Below, in pieces: positions 1 to 11,810 of a DNA stretch of 64,000 nt. The DNA comes from Flectonema sp. DT1601 (taxonomy: Eukaryota). The stretch spans positions 806,001-870,000 of the forward strand of contig OZ025782.1 in the NCBI GenBank assembly GCA_964019425.1. The letters run 5' to 3'. The notes beneath the pieces are model-generated. The model searched no databases and was not told the DNA's origin. It worked only from the letters and a program-made list of their open reading frames with translations. The position numbers and the translations under genes were made by a program. Position 1 is the first letter of the stretch. The number at the start of each line of letters is the position of its first letter.

Positions 1-413
1 GGAACCTACTGCATCTTATGTGACGGCGACACGGTGAACTTTTTACGTTTTTCTCGCAGAAGATCGCAACTACGTTAATCATAAGTGCATCGGATCCTGG
101 TTAGCCGTTATGGTTGAGGGTTCTTCTCTCTGCTCTCACAAGTTGAAAGAGCAAAGGAGAGGATTAGAAGTAAGTGATTATCCCTGCCGTGCGAGTACGT
201 TACCCAACTTGAGACACTCAGTAGTCTTCTTTGTTTAAGGTAACACAATTCAAAGCGTTTTTAACACGTTGTTAAGTTGCTTTGTCAACTTTATAACATG
301 ACAGATTGCAACTATGTTGGGTGTCACTGTTGTCTTGCGATAAGTTTTTTTTAGTGATTTCTAAACCGTAATTATCTATTTTTTACAGTAATAGATCATC
401 AGAGGAATTAAAT

Positions 414-3144
414 ATGTGGCGGTCGGCATACCTGCTGATGTGCACAGCCACCGCCTCTGCTGCTGACTTCCGATTGTATGGAGCCAACACCGACGCAGGT
501 CGTGTAGAAGTCCTTTATAACGAAACCTGGGGGAATATATGTTATGGAGAACACTGGGGTATGAGTCAGGCTAATGCTATTTGCAGGAATATTGGTTTTG
601 CAAAGGCCATGGCTGCTGGGAAATGGGTTGCTGGTGGGATCAAGGAACAATTATTTTGGGTTGGTGAGAATGAAAAGGAGTGTGAGGATGTCAACTGTCT
701 TACTGAGAATTGGCCACCACCAGAAGAAGGTTACAATTGTGATCACGCTGCGTTCGTTGCGTGTGTCAGCACAGGATCAGAACCACCAGCGGTATCGGGA
801 GAGATTAGTATAAAGTATGGACAAAATGCGAGAGCTTCAAGAAATGAAACTCTTACAAAAAGATCTCAATGCACAAAACAATCAGAAGTATCATCTTGTT
901 GGTATTCTGACATCCCAAACCCATTCGAGGACATGCACTCTGCCTTCGTCTACGACATCTCCGCAGACGCTAATGTAGTCATGCAGAATGTTTATAAAGA
1001 AATTTGTACGAATGAAACTGCTCGAGAAGTTCTCTACGAACTGTTCAAAAACAAACAACTAACTGCTAACGCCGTTGGTATCAACTTGAACAGAAGTCTG
1101 TTGGAAGGTTCTGACAGATGGGCTCGTCAGAGTACGATGGATATCACAAAACTATTTGTAGAAACAAATGAACATCACGACTTGCATTGGGACATTGACG
1201 AGTCTCAAAGACATAGTGAGCCTCCTCAAGACACTCTCAGTAAGGATTTACGTGATAATGGAATAGCGATGGTTGAAGACTACGGTATCCCAGATACTGA
1301 TATTGATAAAATCATGAATCTCGCGAATGAATTAATGTCTCCTCCGATCGATGAAAACCTCACCTCATCCGTGAGTGGCGGTGCTATAATGACTTCTCGA
1401 GTTCAGTTGCCTGCTATTGAGAAGTTGCTTCAGAACTCTTCAATCATTGACGCCGTCAGCAGCTATCTTGGTGATGATGTCACACTAAATGGTTATAAGA
1501 TTACTCGCCTTTCTAATAATCTTCAAGAAGGAAATCAATACATTGCAGGTAAGTGGCATCATGACCGTGTAGGACGTCGTATAAAAATGTTTATATTTCT
1601 TCATGACATCGACTGTGAAGAAGGTCGTCCAACATTAGTTGCTCAGAATACCAACAATATTTTATTTTATAAAACTGAATCATTCCCTCACTCGAGGTTT
1701 AACGATGATTGGGTTAGATCTAATTATAACATAACTAAGGCATGTGGTAAGAAGGGAGGTGGGTTCTTATTCGATACTCACACCATCCATAAAGGAACAG
1801 AGTTTGGAGCATTAGAAAGAACGACTGTGATTATTGAGTTCCATAACACAGTGAAATGTCCTTTCGTAACAGAAAACAACTTTGGATTACCATGTCCATC
1901 AGGGGATTCATTTATGGTAAGTAAAAGATTACAAGAGAGATTCTTACTACCGGATGGTACTTATGAAACAGCAACGAGACATTCTATTGCTGCGGAACCA
2001 GGTTTTAGTTGGAGACTATTCCCGTATGATGTCATTCCACCAATCCCACCAAGTGCGTACCTTAAAAAGATAACATCAGGACACGCACAGGGTGTTTGCT
2101 TTGCGAATGGTGAAATTGGAACTGCAGAGTTTGATGGTCCTCACGGAGGAGGATGTCTACTCAAAGAGGGCTACCAGTATGGAGAGTTTCATCTTTTGCT
2201 CAAAAGAAAAGATGAAACCTCAACATGTGATCCATTGCTGAAGACAGACTTCCTTCAGTACGTCGACAAGTATGTTACTGATGATGACATTAGTGATTTT
2301 GAGTTTGTGACGAAACACTCTTTTAGCGAACTCATATCAGAAATATCTCAGCAAAACGACTGCTTTTTCCAATCCATTGTCAGCACTGAGCGTTTCGTTC
2401 CCCACGAGTTAAACCTGAAAGGGCTTCACTTAGTAAGATGTATTGTAGCAGAACGATTGAATGACTTTAGAAGATTAAAGTACTCAGACCACCCTGACTA
2501 TGAAACTTGGAAAACAGAAGGATACTTACTAAAAGACTACACAAAGATGAAAGAAAATGATTTTGAAGAACTCCGAGGGATACTAAAGATGGCAGCTGCT
2601 GGGGAGCCTATTCAACAAAATCTTTCATTCTTTCCTCGGATAGTAACACATGTACCAAGGGATACTCAAACAGAAGCACATGTTGATACATTTCATACAG
2701 TACTTAAGATGTGGGTGTATCCAGCAAATATTACTTTAGAACATGGTCCTCTTCATGTTTACCCAGGAACTCATAGAGCAACAAGGGAAAAGCTTCAATG
2801 GATGTTTAAGGTTACCTCTTCAAACACAACAACAGAGTCAGTAGCTGAAGCATCCCTTCGCCTGTGGGATGAAGAATCAAAAAACGCTCTTCCAAAACCG
2901 AAGGCTATGCTTCCTGCATTCCCTGAGTGGACGCTAATTATTGCTGACACTTCAGGTATACATAATAGAGGAAGAGCTGAAATTGGAGTAAAGAGACTCA
3001 CACTGCGACCAGCTGGAGGTGAGAATGATGGTGGTGTCAGGTACGTGTTTATTTTATTCATAAAAAAACTGGAGAGGCTCAACTTTAGTCAACAACAACA
3101 ACAACAACACAAACAGGAGACGAAACCCGTTTCACGACGAGTAG
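414..3144 (+). CDS. Secreted multidomain protein: SRCR domain, PhyH-like 2OG-Fe(II) dioxygenase, DM9-like segment, second PhyH-like dioxygenase (884 aa, 2 exons)
   Basis: Signal peptide; SRCR motifs RLYG..GRVEV..WGNIC..W..ICRNIGF..CDHAAFVAC; two HxD..H..R sets (WHHDR..HTIHKG..R; AHVDTFH..DTSGIHNRG..R). Exons 414-3040 and 3117-3144; intron 3041-3116 (gtacgt..acaaacag) gives C-terminus GGVRRRNPFHDE*. The ORF-track tail to 3284 is intron read-through. Confidence 0.75.
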
Positions 3145-3276
3145 TATTCTTTTGGTTATTCAGCTGGAAATATTCTTTGTACTGCTGTACACCACTTGAC
3201 GTCTGCAGTAACGTCTCATTGATTATTTTAATCATTTATTGGTTCTACATTGCATTTCAGAAGAGTTCTCTCTTTT

Positions 3277-3309
<33 letters not shown>

Positions 3310-5498
3310 CAAGAACTCAAATTACCCCTTACCTCATCCGTAAATTTCAATGCGAATGTGATGGAACAGTTTTATTTGTTTAACTCAGCTCTGTTTTGTA
3401 TTGGAGTGATGGTGATGTGATCCTTTTTAAAGGGGGTTGAATTATCATATTAATATCATATCCTACGATGAGTGGAGTTATTCATTTTAAGTACGCGATA
3501 CTAGTGGGTCGCACTGTTTTCCAGTAATCACATTGAGTGTAAGGAAACAACTACCCTGAAGCCACTCATAGTACGCTTTACTCAGGGATAGATAAGATAC
3601 ATTTCTTGAGCGATAACCGACTGGTTCAGTAGTCGCTATCAATGTAAAGGTTTACTAAGTCAGGGAAATGTGAATTTCCGTTCCCTTTTTTTTTTCTTTT
3701 TTTTTTTTTCTTCGTTTGTTTTTAACCTCTGAATTCTCACACCAGTCAGAGCGACTTGTAGAAATCAGAGAATTGGTGGCAAACGCGAGTGAGCACTTTA
3801 TTTTTCCCTTTTTGTGTCACCAGGAAAAACTTAAACGACTACACTGGTCAGGGTACAGAAACGGCATCTGTATACTTGATAGGTTTGTGAATAGCTTCAT
3901 GTGCGATAGGCACATGGACACCTTTTCGATGGGGACAAAGTTAATAAAAAAATTTGTGTGTAAGCCCCAATCACTGATGGAGTCAGGCAATGTTATTTTT
4001 GTTTTTGTTTGAACGTTCGAATCAGCCTTTCAAGTTGTGAAGTTTTATATTTTTTGCACTTGTGTTGACCTTGTTTTGGATCAAAAAAGGTTTGACTTCC
4101 CCGTTCCTTATTTCATTCTATTTATCATGATCTGTATTTCCAATTGGGCAAATCTAAAAACTGATAACTTACAGGTCGATTGTTTCCGTCTTCCTTTTCT
4201 TTATTTTTTCGATGCACGCTTACAAACGCATCGTTCTTTTTATTTCCCATCATAGCACCCGTTCCAGCTCCTTTTGTACTGTTGATTTTCATAAATGTTT
4301 TGTTTTGTTTGCTATTCTCGTTAATTAGTGATTCGTGGTCATCTGTTTTAGTTTGATATCTTTCAATTAACAAACGTGACATCTGTTGTTTGGGTCGATA
4401 AAAGTTCACTTTTTTCTTCGAAAGTAGTATTTTTGAAGTCTTCGTTATCGATTAAGTTGATTATTTACTACTCGTGTTGTTTACTCTTCGGATTCCTTTT
4501 GGTTTCGTCACGTGCTTTGCTTTAGGTCCTGCAGCTTCAATTCTTGTAGGTACAGTCGACCGAAAATAAGCATTTTTGTTACTAAACATTTTATATCTTT
4601 CGAGTGTTTTCTCCAGATAGTAAGTATGTTCATGACGACTACCTTAAGAGAGTCATAGTTCTTGGCCTGATCTCTCAGTGTTGACATGAACAAGACGTAA
4701 GGCCTAACTTTTGAATCCAATAACCCAGTGGATTTATTTAGCAAACAAATAGGATGTGGAAATTAATGGTACAAGAGGAGGGGGATTTTTTTTTTTTTTT
4801 TTTTTTTATATCTGAAAAAATAAAAAAATATAAAATGGAGGGATTTTCTTTCTTTGTCTTAACTTGTTCCCTAACCTGTCGATTTCGTTAGCGTTTTTGA
4901 CTTGTTTTGTCAAAAAAAAAAAAAAAAAAAAAAAAAAACTCCCGGCGTGTGTTTTCTTACTGGGATTTCAAAAAAAAAAAAAAAATTAAATAAATAAATA
5001 AAAAGCCTTTATCCGATCTACGACAAAGGCTGTGCCTTTCCGCACTCCCTGTAAGTCAACGGTGTGGGGAAAAAAAAAAAATAGTTTTTGATATATGACT
5101 GGTCCGCTATCGCTGAATTGCTTGATTTTTTCTGAAGTACAATACGTAACAATACGATTAGAAAGCAATCCCACCTTTGTCGCTGCGCCATTATCCCCCT
5201 ATTTGGCAGTACGAGAGCCGACAACTAATGTTTGTTGTTGTCATAATCGTCAAAAAAAATTGTGTCAAATTGTTGGTGTTTTTGATCTTAGCACGATTCT
5301 CGACGTCGTCAAAAAAAAAAAAAAAAAAAAAAAAGTTGGGATTAGAATAAGGAACTATTGTCCTTTGTTAACCTCATCCCTACTCTCACTCAGTTTACAA
5401 ATATGGTTTTGGTATCACGATTGTGATCATCGCTATTTCATTAATTAATTATAATAATAATAAAAATCTTATACAAACACTTTAACAGTTGTCATAAA

Positions 5499-7007
5499 AT
5501 GGAAGCAAAAGTTGACGTAACTTCAAATAGTCAGACTTCGAGTGAACGCAGAGGAAGACGAAGTCGTTTAGAAACCAGAGCAGAGTCAGTCAAATGGTTA
5601 GAAGCAGCGAGAACTCTCAACACAAGAACTGCTATTGCTGGAAGAGATGTCGACGTGTTTTGGAGTAAAGTAATCGACAGCTCATGTGACATCTATTCGG
5701 GTCTTAAAGATATAAATAAAAGTGATATCGCCAGAGGAAAATGGTTCGATGGAATGCTTTCAAAAAGACAAAAGATTGCACTCTCTGTAACAACTGTTAA
5801 AGATCAACTTTTACAACCTTACAAAGCTCCTCACTGGGAAGAAGACTCTAAGAGGACATTAAATGCCGTCGGCATTCAAATAAAAAGTATTCGAGAAGCT
5901 CAGCTACGAGACACTGATCTACTCAACAGTGAAGCAGCTGAATTAGAATCAGAGCTCTCTACTCTGACTGAAAATATTAGTAATTGGGGTCAGGTCGCAG
6001 TTTCAAGGGCGAGAACACCACAAAGAAGTGGATCGAGTTCACCAGTTCAGACATCACAAAAAGAACAAATGTTACCTGCGGAGGTCTTATCATATCAAAA
6101 CTTTATTCAGCAATATGGAACAACAGGTGGTTGGGATACTTCAGAACATAATGAGTTTCTTCGTATCTATTCTGAGAATGAAAATGACGAGAGTGCCTTA
6201 ATAAGAAAAGTGGTATTGAAGCTGCAAAAAGACCAACCAGACGCCTTTCAGCATCTTCGCTTCTACCAGAAATATCTCTCGTTGAGAGAATCGAACGGTA
6301 TTGCTGTAAAGAGATGGCAAGCAGAAAGGGAACTGAACAAGCAGAGAAGCAGCTCTGTACCTCAGAAACACGTCGACAAAGTAAGTCAATCAGTTAGAAT
6401 ATATAGAGACCCTTCTATTTCACGAAATGATTCATATCGTCAAAAACAAAGGGGAGCTTTACAAGCATGGAAAGAAAATCGTGAAAACGAAACGAATAGA
6501 TGCAGAGACTTAATGGCGGAGGTTACTAAAGCACGTGTGATTAGAGAGAAGACTGAGAGAGAGCGAAAACGAGAAGAGCAGAAAACTGCGATAGCGATTT
6601 ATAAAAAGGAAAAAGAAATGAAAAGAGCAAATATTGATCGTGAAACAAATCATCGCAACTCACTAAAAGAGGGAAAGGTAAGTGATGAAGCTCTGATAAC
6701 ATTAAGAGCAAGAGATAAATTAATTCTTGAGAGGAAGATGTCGTTGGTTCGTAAAGTTGATCCAAACATTAAGAAAGTTGAAAGAGAGCAGCGACTAACT
6801 CAACTACTCCCAACAAGACATGATACCCCAAGATCATTTGATCGACTAACTCAACCTACTATCGCATCTCAACAACGAGAGGTTGTTGAAGATATTCCAC
6901 AAACAGAAACTATCTTACTTCGGGGAAATACTTACAATGCTCCTCCTCCAGTTAGATTCGCTGGAAGATCAATGGTAGCCTGGTGTGGTAGTAATCACTT
7001 ATTGTAA
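5499..7007 (+). CDS. Coiled-coil protein, CCDC112-like
   Basis: 502-aa ORF, long charged coiled coils, GGWDTSEHNEFLRIY motif resembling the CCDC112 family GxWDxxDHxxF motif; acceptor-like aacag at 5488. Confidence 0.6.
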   Translation: MEAKVDVTSNSQTSSERRGRRSRLETRAESVKWLEAARTLNTRTAIAGRDVDVFWSKVIDSSCDIYSGLKDINKSDIARGKWFDGMLSKRQKIALSVTTVKDQLLQPYKAPHWEEDSKRTLNAVGIQIKSIREAQLRDTDLLNSEAAELESELSTLTENISNWGQVAVSRARTPQRSGSSSPVQTSQKEQMLPAEVLSYQNFIQQYGTTGGWDTSEHNEFLRIYSENENDESALIRKVVLKLQKDQPDAFQHLRFYQKYLSLRESNGIAVKRWQAERELNKQRSSSVPQKHVDKVSQSVRIYRDPSISRNDSYRQKQRGALQAWKENRENETNRCRDLMAEVTKARVIREKTERERKREEQKTAIAIYKKEKEMKRANIDRETNHRNSLKEGKVSDEALITLRARDKLILERKMSLVRKVDPNIKKVEREQRLTQLLPTRHDTPRSFDRLTQPTIASQQREVVEDIPQTETILLRGNTYNAPPPVRFAGRSMVAWCGSNHLL

Positions 7008-7294
7008 ACTTCAGCACTACTCACCATTTAAAGGATCTCTAGGTCCTACTGATAGTTTACATTAGTTGAATTATTACACAACTGTTAGCATTCACTTTCG
7101 CCATAGCGAACATAGATTAGATTTTACTTTTTTTTATGTACTTTTTTTTCTTTCTTCTTTTAATGTTTTGTTATAATTGTCTTATTTTACAAAATAGCAT
7201 TCGTTAATATTATGAAGGAAGGGTGATATTATTATTTTATTTTTTTTAACTTGTCTATTTGATTGCTATTTAAAATTATTACTTAACCAGAATA

Positions 7295-8485
7295 ATGGAT
7301 ATCTTACTTGCTGTTGCAGTGATGTCAGCCGACAACGGCTTGGCAAGAACACCTCCAATGGGATGGAGTTCTTGGAATGCTTTCGGTCGTCGGTTTACAG
7401 AAGACGTATTTTATAATACGACTGACGCCATGGTAGCCAATGGAATGCGTGATGCGGGTTATGAATATTTAAACGTCGATGGAGGCTGGTGGAACGGAAG
7501 CGACACAGGAACTATAACCAGAAATGGATCTGGTTATGCGACCTACAACAGAATGAAATATCCACATGGCATCACCAAAGTCATTGACTACATCCACAGT
7601 AAAGGAATGAAGTACGGACATTACACTGATGCTGGGATTGCTGCATGTAATCATGATGCTCCAATGTCTGAGTACTATGAACCTCAGGATGTTGATTTGT
7701 TTATCTCATGGGGGATTGATTATATTAAAGTTGATGCTTGTTCTACTAAGGAATCTCCTGAAGTTCTAATGCAAAGATGGCACACACTACTAAATGAATC
7801 AGGACGACCTGTTCTGTTATCAAATTGTCGTAATGGCTGTCTGACTACTGATGGACCTTTAGACTCTTGGTGTCAGAAATACACAAACATGTGGAGGGTT
7901 TCAACTGATATAACATCAACGTGGAAATCGATGTTAAAAAACGTTAATAATCTTAAAGGAAGAGGTCAATACGGTAAACCTGGATCATGGAATGATCCCG
8001 ACAATCTTGAAGTTGGTGTTGGTGAATTCGAATACAAAGGAACCCCATCATCACTTGCAATCAATCAGGCTCACTTTAGCTTATGGAGTGTAACATCTGC
8101 TCCGTTAATTACGTCGGTTGACTTTACAAAACCAGTTGACGAGGAGTTGATTTCTATTTTCCTAAACAAGGAAGCTATTTCTGTTAATCAAAGATATCTA
8201 AACAACTCAGGTGATCAAATCGAATCAGGTGATAACTATTCTATTTGGTACAAACCACTTCCTGATAACACGGCTGCTGTTGTTCTTCTAAACGAAGGAA
8301 TCACTTCAACGATAACATTGCAAATCGAATTCTCAAAACTACCAGTTCTTGGCGTTGGTTCGACCAGCAGTTGTGAAGTCAGAAATATCTGGTCTGCTAC
8401 CACTAACACTGAACAGAACCTTTACAAGTCTTCAGCTATTCCACCACAGTCATGTGTCTTTATTACGATTTCGAAATGCTCTTAA
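7295..8485 (+). CDS. Glycoside hydrolase family 27 (alpha-galactosidase / alpha-N-acetylgalactosaminidase-like)
   Basis: DNGLARTPPMGWSSWN, nucleophile motif DYIKVDAC, acid/base WRVSTDI, WNDPDNLEVG, HFSLWS..APL, C-terminal beta-sandwich; short hydrophobic N-terminus. Confidence 0.93.
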   Translation: MDILLAVAVMSADNGLARTPPMGWSSWNAFGRRFTEDVFYNTTDAMVANGMRDAGYEYLNVDGGWWNGSDTGTITRNGSGYATYNRMKYPHGITKVIDYIHSKGMKYGHYTDAGIAACNHDAPMSEYYEPQDVDLFISWGIDYIKVDACSTKESPEVLMQRWHTLLNESGRPVLLSNCRNGCLTTDGPLDSWCQKYTNMWRVSTDITSTWKSMLKNVNNLKGRGQYGKPGSWNDPDNLEVGVGEFEYKGTPSSLAINQAHFSLWSVTSAPLITSVDFTKPVDEELISIFLNKEAISVNQRYLNNSGDQIESGDNYSIWYKPLPDNTAAVVLLNEGITSTITLQIEFSKLPVLGVGSTSSCEVRNIWSATTNTEQNLYKSSAIPPQSCVFITISKCS

Positions 8486-8716
8486 TCTATTGAGTTATTT
8501 AAACTAACGTATTCCAACGAACATGTAAACATGTCTTAAGGTTCCTTTACAAGTCTTCAGCTATTCCACCACTCATGTGTCTTTATTACGATTTCGAAAT
8601 ACTCTTGATCTATTAAATCTATTGAGTTATTTGTGCGTGTTCTCTCTCTCCATTCGTAGTACATTATCTCTTACAAACTAACGTATTTCAACGAACATGT
8701 AAACACGTCTTAAGGT
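8419..8716 (+). repeat. Imperfect tandem duplication of the GH27 3' end and proximal 3' UTR
   Basis: Copy 1 8419-8542 and copy 2 8544-8716 both run cctttacaagtcttcagctattccaccac..cttaaggt; copy 2 has 42 extra nt (8633-8674) and small indels. Confidence 0.9.
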
Positions 8717-8869
8717 GCGAGAATATAAAGCAATTTATTTATTTGTCAGAATACAAAATGGAGGAGGTGAAAAGACTTGAATTAGTTGTTTAGATTCTTT
8801 AATAACGAACTACCATTTCAACGGAATAAGAAAACGATACCTGCTGTCCAATACAACAGCATAAACAAA

Positions 8870-9346
8870 ATGAGTCGTCCTGGTAGGAATCTGCAGTCTG
8901 AAACAACTGACAGGTCTCGTTCTTCAGAGAGACTGTCATCGAGAAAAGCTGCTGTTCCGCGTCAAGAAAAGAAACCCCCGACAATTACACCCAAGAAGTC
9001 ACCTCCGACAGTTGTATTTTATTTAGGTAGTTGTCCACGTTGTACACACATGTGTAGTTGTTTAACTAAGAAAGGTATTCCTCACCAATATATCGACATC
9101 GATAAGCTCAGTGACAAGGGTAAATCTGCCATGTGGGAAGCAATACGCAAAAACCCACAATATGACGGAAGCAGCGCTCAAGTTCCATTCCTCACTTCTA
9201 AAGGTAGGGCGTGGTTTAAAATGGGATGGGAAGGCTTTCCAACATTTGATGAAACAGCCAACCAGGTATTTGAAGCTCTTTCACCAGAAGAAAAGAATGC
9301 AGCAAATAAAGCAGTTGAGCAGGCTGGCAATGAGAAACAAGAATGA
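8870..9346 (+). CDS. Glutaredoxin-like (thioredoxin-fold) protein
   Basis: ATG at 8870 (track start 8786 is TTG); VVFYLGSCPRC dithiol motif, KKGIPHQYIDID, QVPF cis-Pro motif; basic disordered N-terminus. Confidence 0.75.
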   Translation: MSRPGRNLQSETTDRSRSSERLSSRKAAVPRQEKKPPTITPKKSPPTVVFYLGSCPRCTHMCSCLTKKGIPHQYIDIDKLSDKGKSAMWEAIRKNPQYDGSSAQVPFLTSKGRAWFKMGWEGFPTFDETANQVFEALSPEEKNAANKAVEQAGNEKQE

Positions 9347-9636
9347 TTACCTCACTCTCTGTTGTTATGTTTTTATCAAATCTAAACAACAACCGATTTG
9401 ATTGTTTACTACTTCTGTCAGCACTTTGCGATTCAAATATTTTAAAACAGTTCTGATTTACATCAGACTCGTCAAACATGAAAAGTAATTATGAATTCCG
9501 AAACTAATTTATCATCCGTCTCCTCTGTTCAGAATATCAACATGATAAGAAGGTGTGTGTGTACACTCTTGTGTTCTGGAGAGGGTTCTCAAACTATTCA
9601 TTTCTTCTTTTCTCTTCAGACATCACAAAAGGAACA

Positions 9637-11184
9637 ATGGGATCTATATCATTAGAAGCGACGGGTTCGATCGCCGTCAACAGAAGAGATTTGGTGAAAG
9701 GATTGACAAACAAGACTCCAATGATGTACAGAAGAGGTTTTGAAAACATGTGCGGCAGTCTAGTTAGTGTCTTAAATCATGCTTACTTTAGACAAGCTGA
9801 GTGTCTGCGAGAGATCGTTCACGAAGAAGGTGTTTGGGAACAACTTGGAGACGAGAAACGAGCAGAGAACTCCACAGTGAAGAGCTTACAAGCGTTAATA
9901 AGAATAATGAAAGCTGGGAAATACGAAGGACTCTCAGAATCAATGTTTCTTTATGGTGTTAACGCACAGAACTATTCTCTTGGAGTCCATGCCGAGCTTG
10001 GTATGAATCTCTACTTCCCTGACTCAATTCTAAGAGAAGCGTTATCAAGTGAACCTTATTGGGATTCACAGTCAAGTACACCAATTCCTTTATATTGTAA
10101 TCGAGTGTTAATTTACTCAAAAGGTTATTCAACTTTAAAACAATCTGGATTGATGATACTTCCAAAGTGTAATGTAATCTTAGAACTAGGTCTCGAATAC
10201 TTCTATTCACTCTGTGCTGCTATTGGTCTTTGGGAAGCTGAAAAGCAAACTGCTACTCCGAATATTCAAGCCGATGAACACAAGAAGAGTATTCACAGCG
10301 CTGAGAAGATTAGAGTCATCAACGTCAGAGATTGTTTAATTGCTGATTGGAAGAATATGTTCCGAAGCATAGAATTGGCTGAAATCGGATTTGAAAAGTT
10401 GATAGTCGTCGTCCCACGTGAAGGAATCGAAATGACTGAAGTCAAAGTAACTGCATCAAGTTTGATAAGTTCCATTATAAAGAAATCAACAGCAATGCAA
10501 GAAGTACCATCAGAATCTACTCAGTCAGTTGAAGCACACTCGGAACTATCATCTCGGATTGGTATAAAAGTTTATAACAATTACCCGCTTCGTAATTTAG
10601 GTCTTTTACTACCTGATAAGTTAATTAGTACAACAAATGTTGATAAATTTTCTTTTATCTTGGAGTTGTTCTTAGTCAGTTTTGTTCTTCGTCAAGGTAT
10701 CGATGAGCTGTATGACGACGATGAAATATCATGGTTTGTTGTGTCTGTTATACCAATGTGTTTATACAGAATAGTTATGTTATTTATGAACTGGTATTGG
10801 GCAGTTGACTACTACAGAAATGTAGTAAAGTGCTACACTGGATCTAAACAAGTTGCTGTTGACGGCTGTGCAGTCAATGGTGTTATTGGTGAAGTAAAAG
10901 ACGAGTCACTGAAAATGATTATTGTTGCATACTGGACTCTCTGGCAAAAGGGTCGTATGACGGAATCGAACTTAGACTCTTCAGCAGAACAATTAATCTC
11001 AGACATGTTTGGAGTTAAGATCGACTTTGATGTCGTTGATTCACTCCGAAAACTTCAACTCCTTGGAATGGTTGAGAAAAACCAACACGACAAAACGTAT
11101 TCCGCAATTATCTCACCCGATGAGTTCGCAAAGCAGGCTACAGTACCTTGGACTAAACTCGTAAGACACTTAAAATTAGAATGA
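9637..11184 (+). CDS. TMEM143 / DUF3754-like membrane protein
   Basis: First ATG at 9637 after tttcttcttttctcttcag (9619); two hydrophobic segments; YPLRNLGLLLPDK and C-terminal IDFDVVDSLRKLQLLGMV resemble this family. Confidence 0.65.
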   Translation: MGSISLEATGSIAVNRRDLVKGLTNKTPMMYRRGFENMCGSLVSVLNHAYFRQAECLREIVHEEGVWEQLGDEKRAENSTVKSLQALIRIMKAGKYEGLSESMFLYGVNAQNYSLGVHAELGMNLYFPDSILREALSSEPYWDSQSSTPIPLYCNRVLIYSKGYSTLKQSGLMILPKCNVILELGLEYFYSLCAAIGLWEAEKQTATPNIQADEHKKSIHSAEKIRVINVRDCLIADWKNMFRSIELAEIGFEKLIVVVPREGIEMTEVKVTASSLISSIIKKSTAMQEVPSESTQSVEAHSELSSRIGIKVYNNYPLRNLGLLLPDKLISTTNVDKFSFILELFLVSFVLRQGIDELYDDDEISWFVVSVIPMCLYRIVMLFMNWYWAVDYYRNVVKCYTGSKQVAVDGCAVNGVIGEVKDESLKMIIVAYWTLWQKGRMTESNLDSSAEQLISDMFGVKIDFDVVDSLRKLQLLGMVEKNQHDKTYSAIISPDEFAKQATVPWTKLVRHLKLE

Positions 11185-11810
11185 TGTTCCTCTCCATCAG
11201 TTAGGTAGTCGTCATTCTTCTGTTTCGAATTGCAAACCATTTTGAGATCGCAACTCAGCTGATCCTTTTGGTCGCATCAATCGTTTGTTTTGTTCTTTAA
11301 ATCAGTTTTATGATAAGATAAAAATCATCATTCTACATAGTGGTCAATACAGAAATTATTTAACCAGGTAGTTTCTTTATCGCTTCGTGTGTCTTCTGAA
11401 GCAGCAGATCTTTATTAGCAGTCGTGAGAGATAATAAATTGATTGTTGTTTTTGGTATTCAATTTTGTTTTGTTTACTTTTGCTTTCCAACGTAAAGAAC
11501 AAAACCCCGGGCGGCAACAGTTCGTAGAACGTTGTCTGCTTAGCTGATTTAGATCTTTTCAATGGAAGTAAACTTCATTCATTTTATTTTGTGTGGTTTG
11601 CTGTCGAAGTGCTTTCGTGTTGTGTCGTAGTGTTCCGCAACTCGTATTTATTTTAATAAATTATGAGTAGTAGTAGTCATCAAGTACTTCATTCAACAGC
11701 TTACTGTTCAACATGTGGAGGCTGTTAGTTAGTCAAAGCCTGTTTTGGTTTTGTTTTGCAATAGTTCTGCTGCTAATTTTATTATCTCCCAACAGTTTAC
11801 TTTTCAAAAT

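Noticed and set aside
1..170. Possible tail of an upstream CDS (frame 1 open to 78) and a 16-bp imperfect hairpin at 121-163
   Set aside because: Too little sequence to assign; hairpin arms are low-complexity pyrimidine and purine tracts.
3041..3284. Poly-Gln and hydrophobic C-terminus of the first ORF
   Set aside because: Intron and UTR read-through; splicing gives a stop at 3144.
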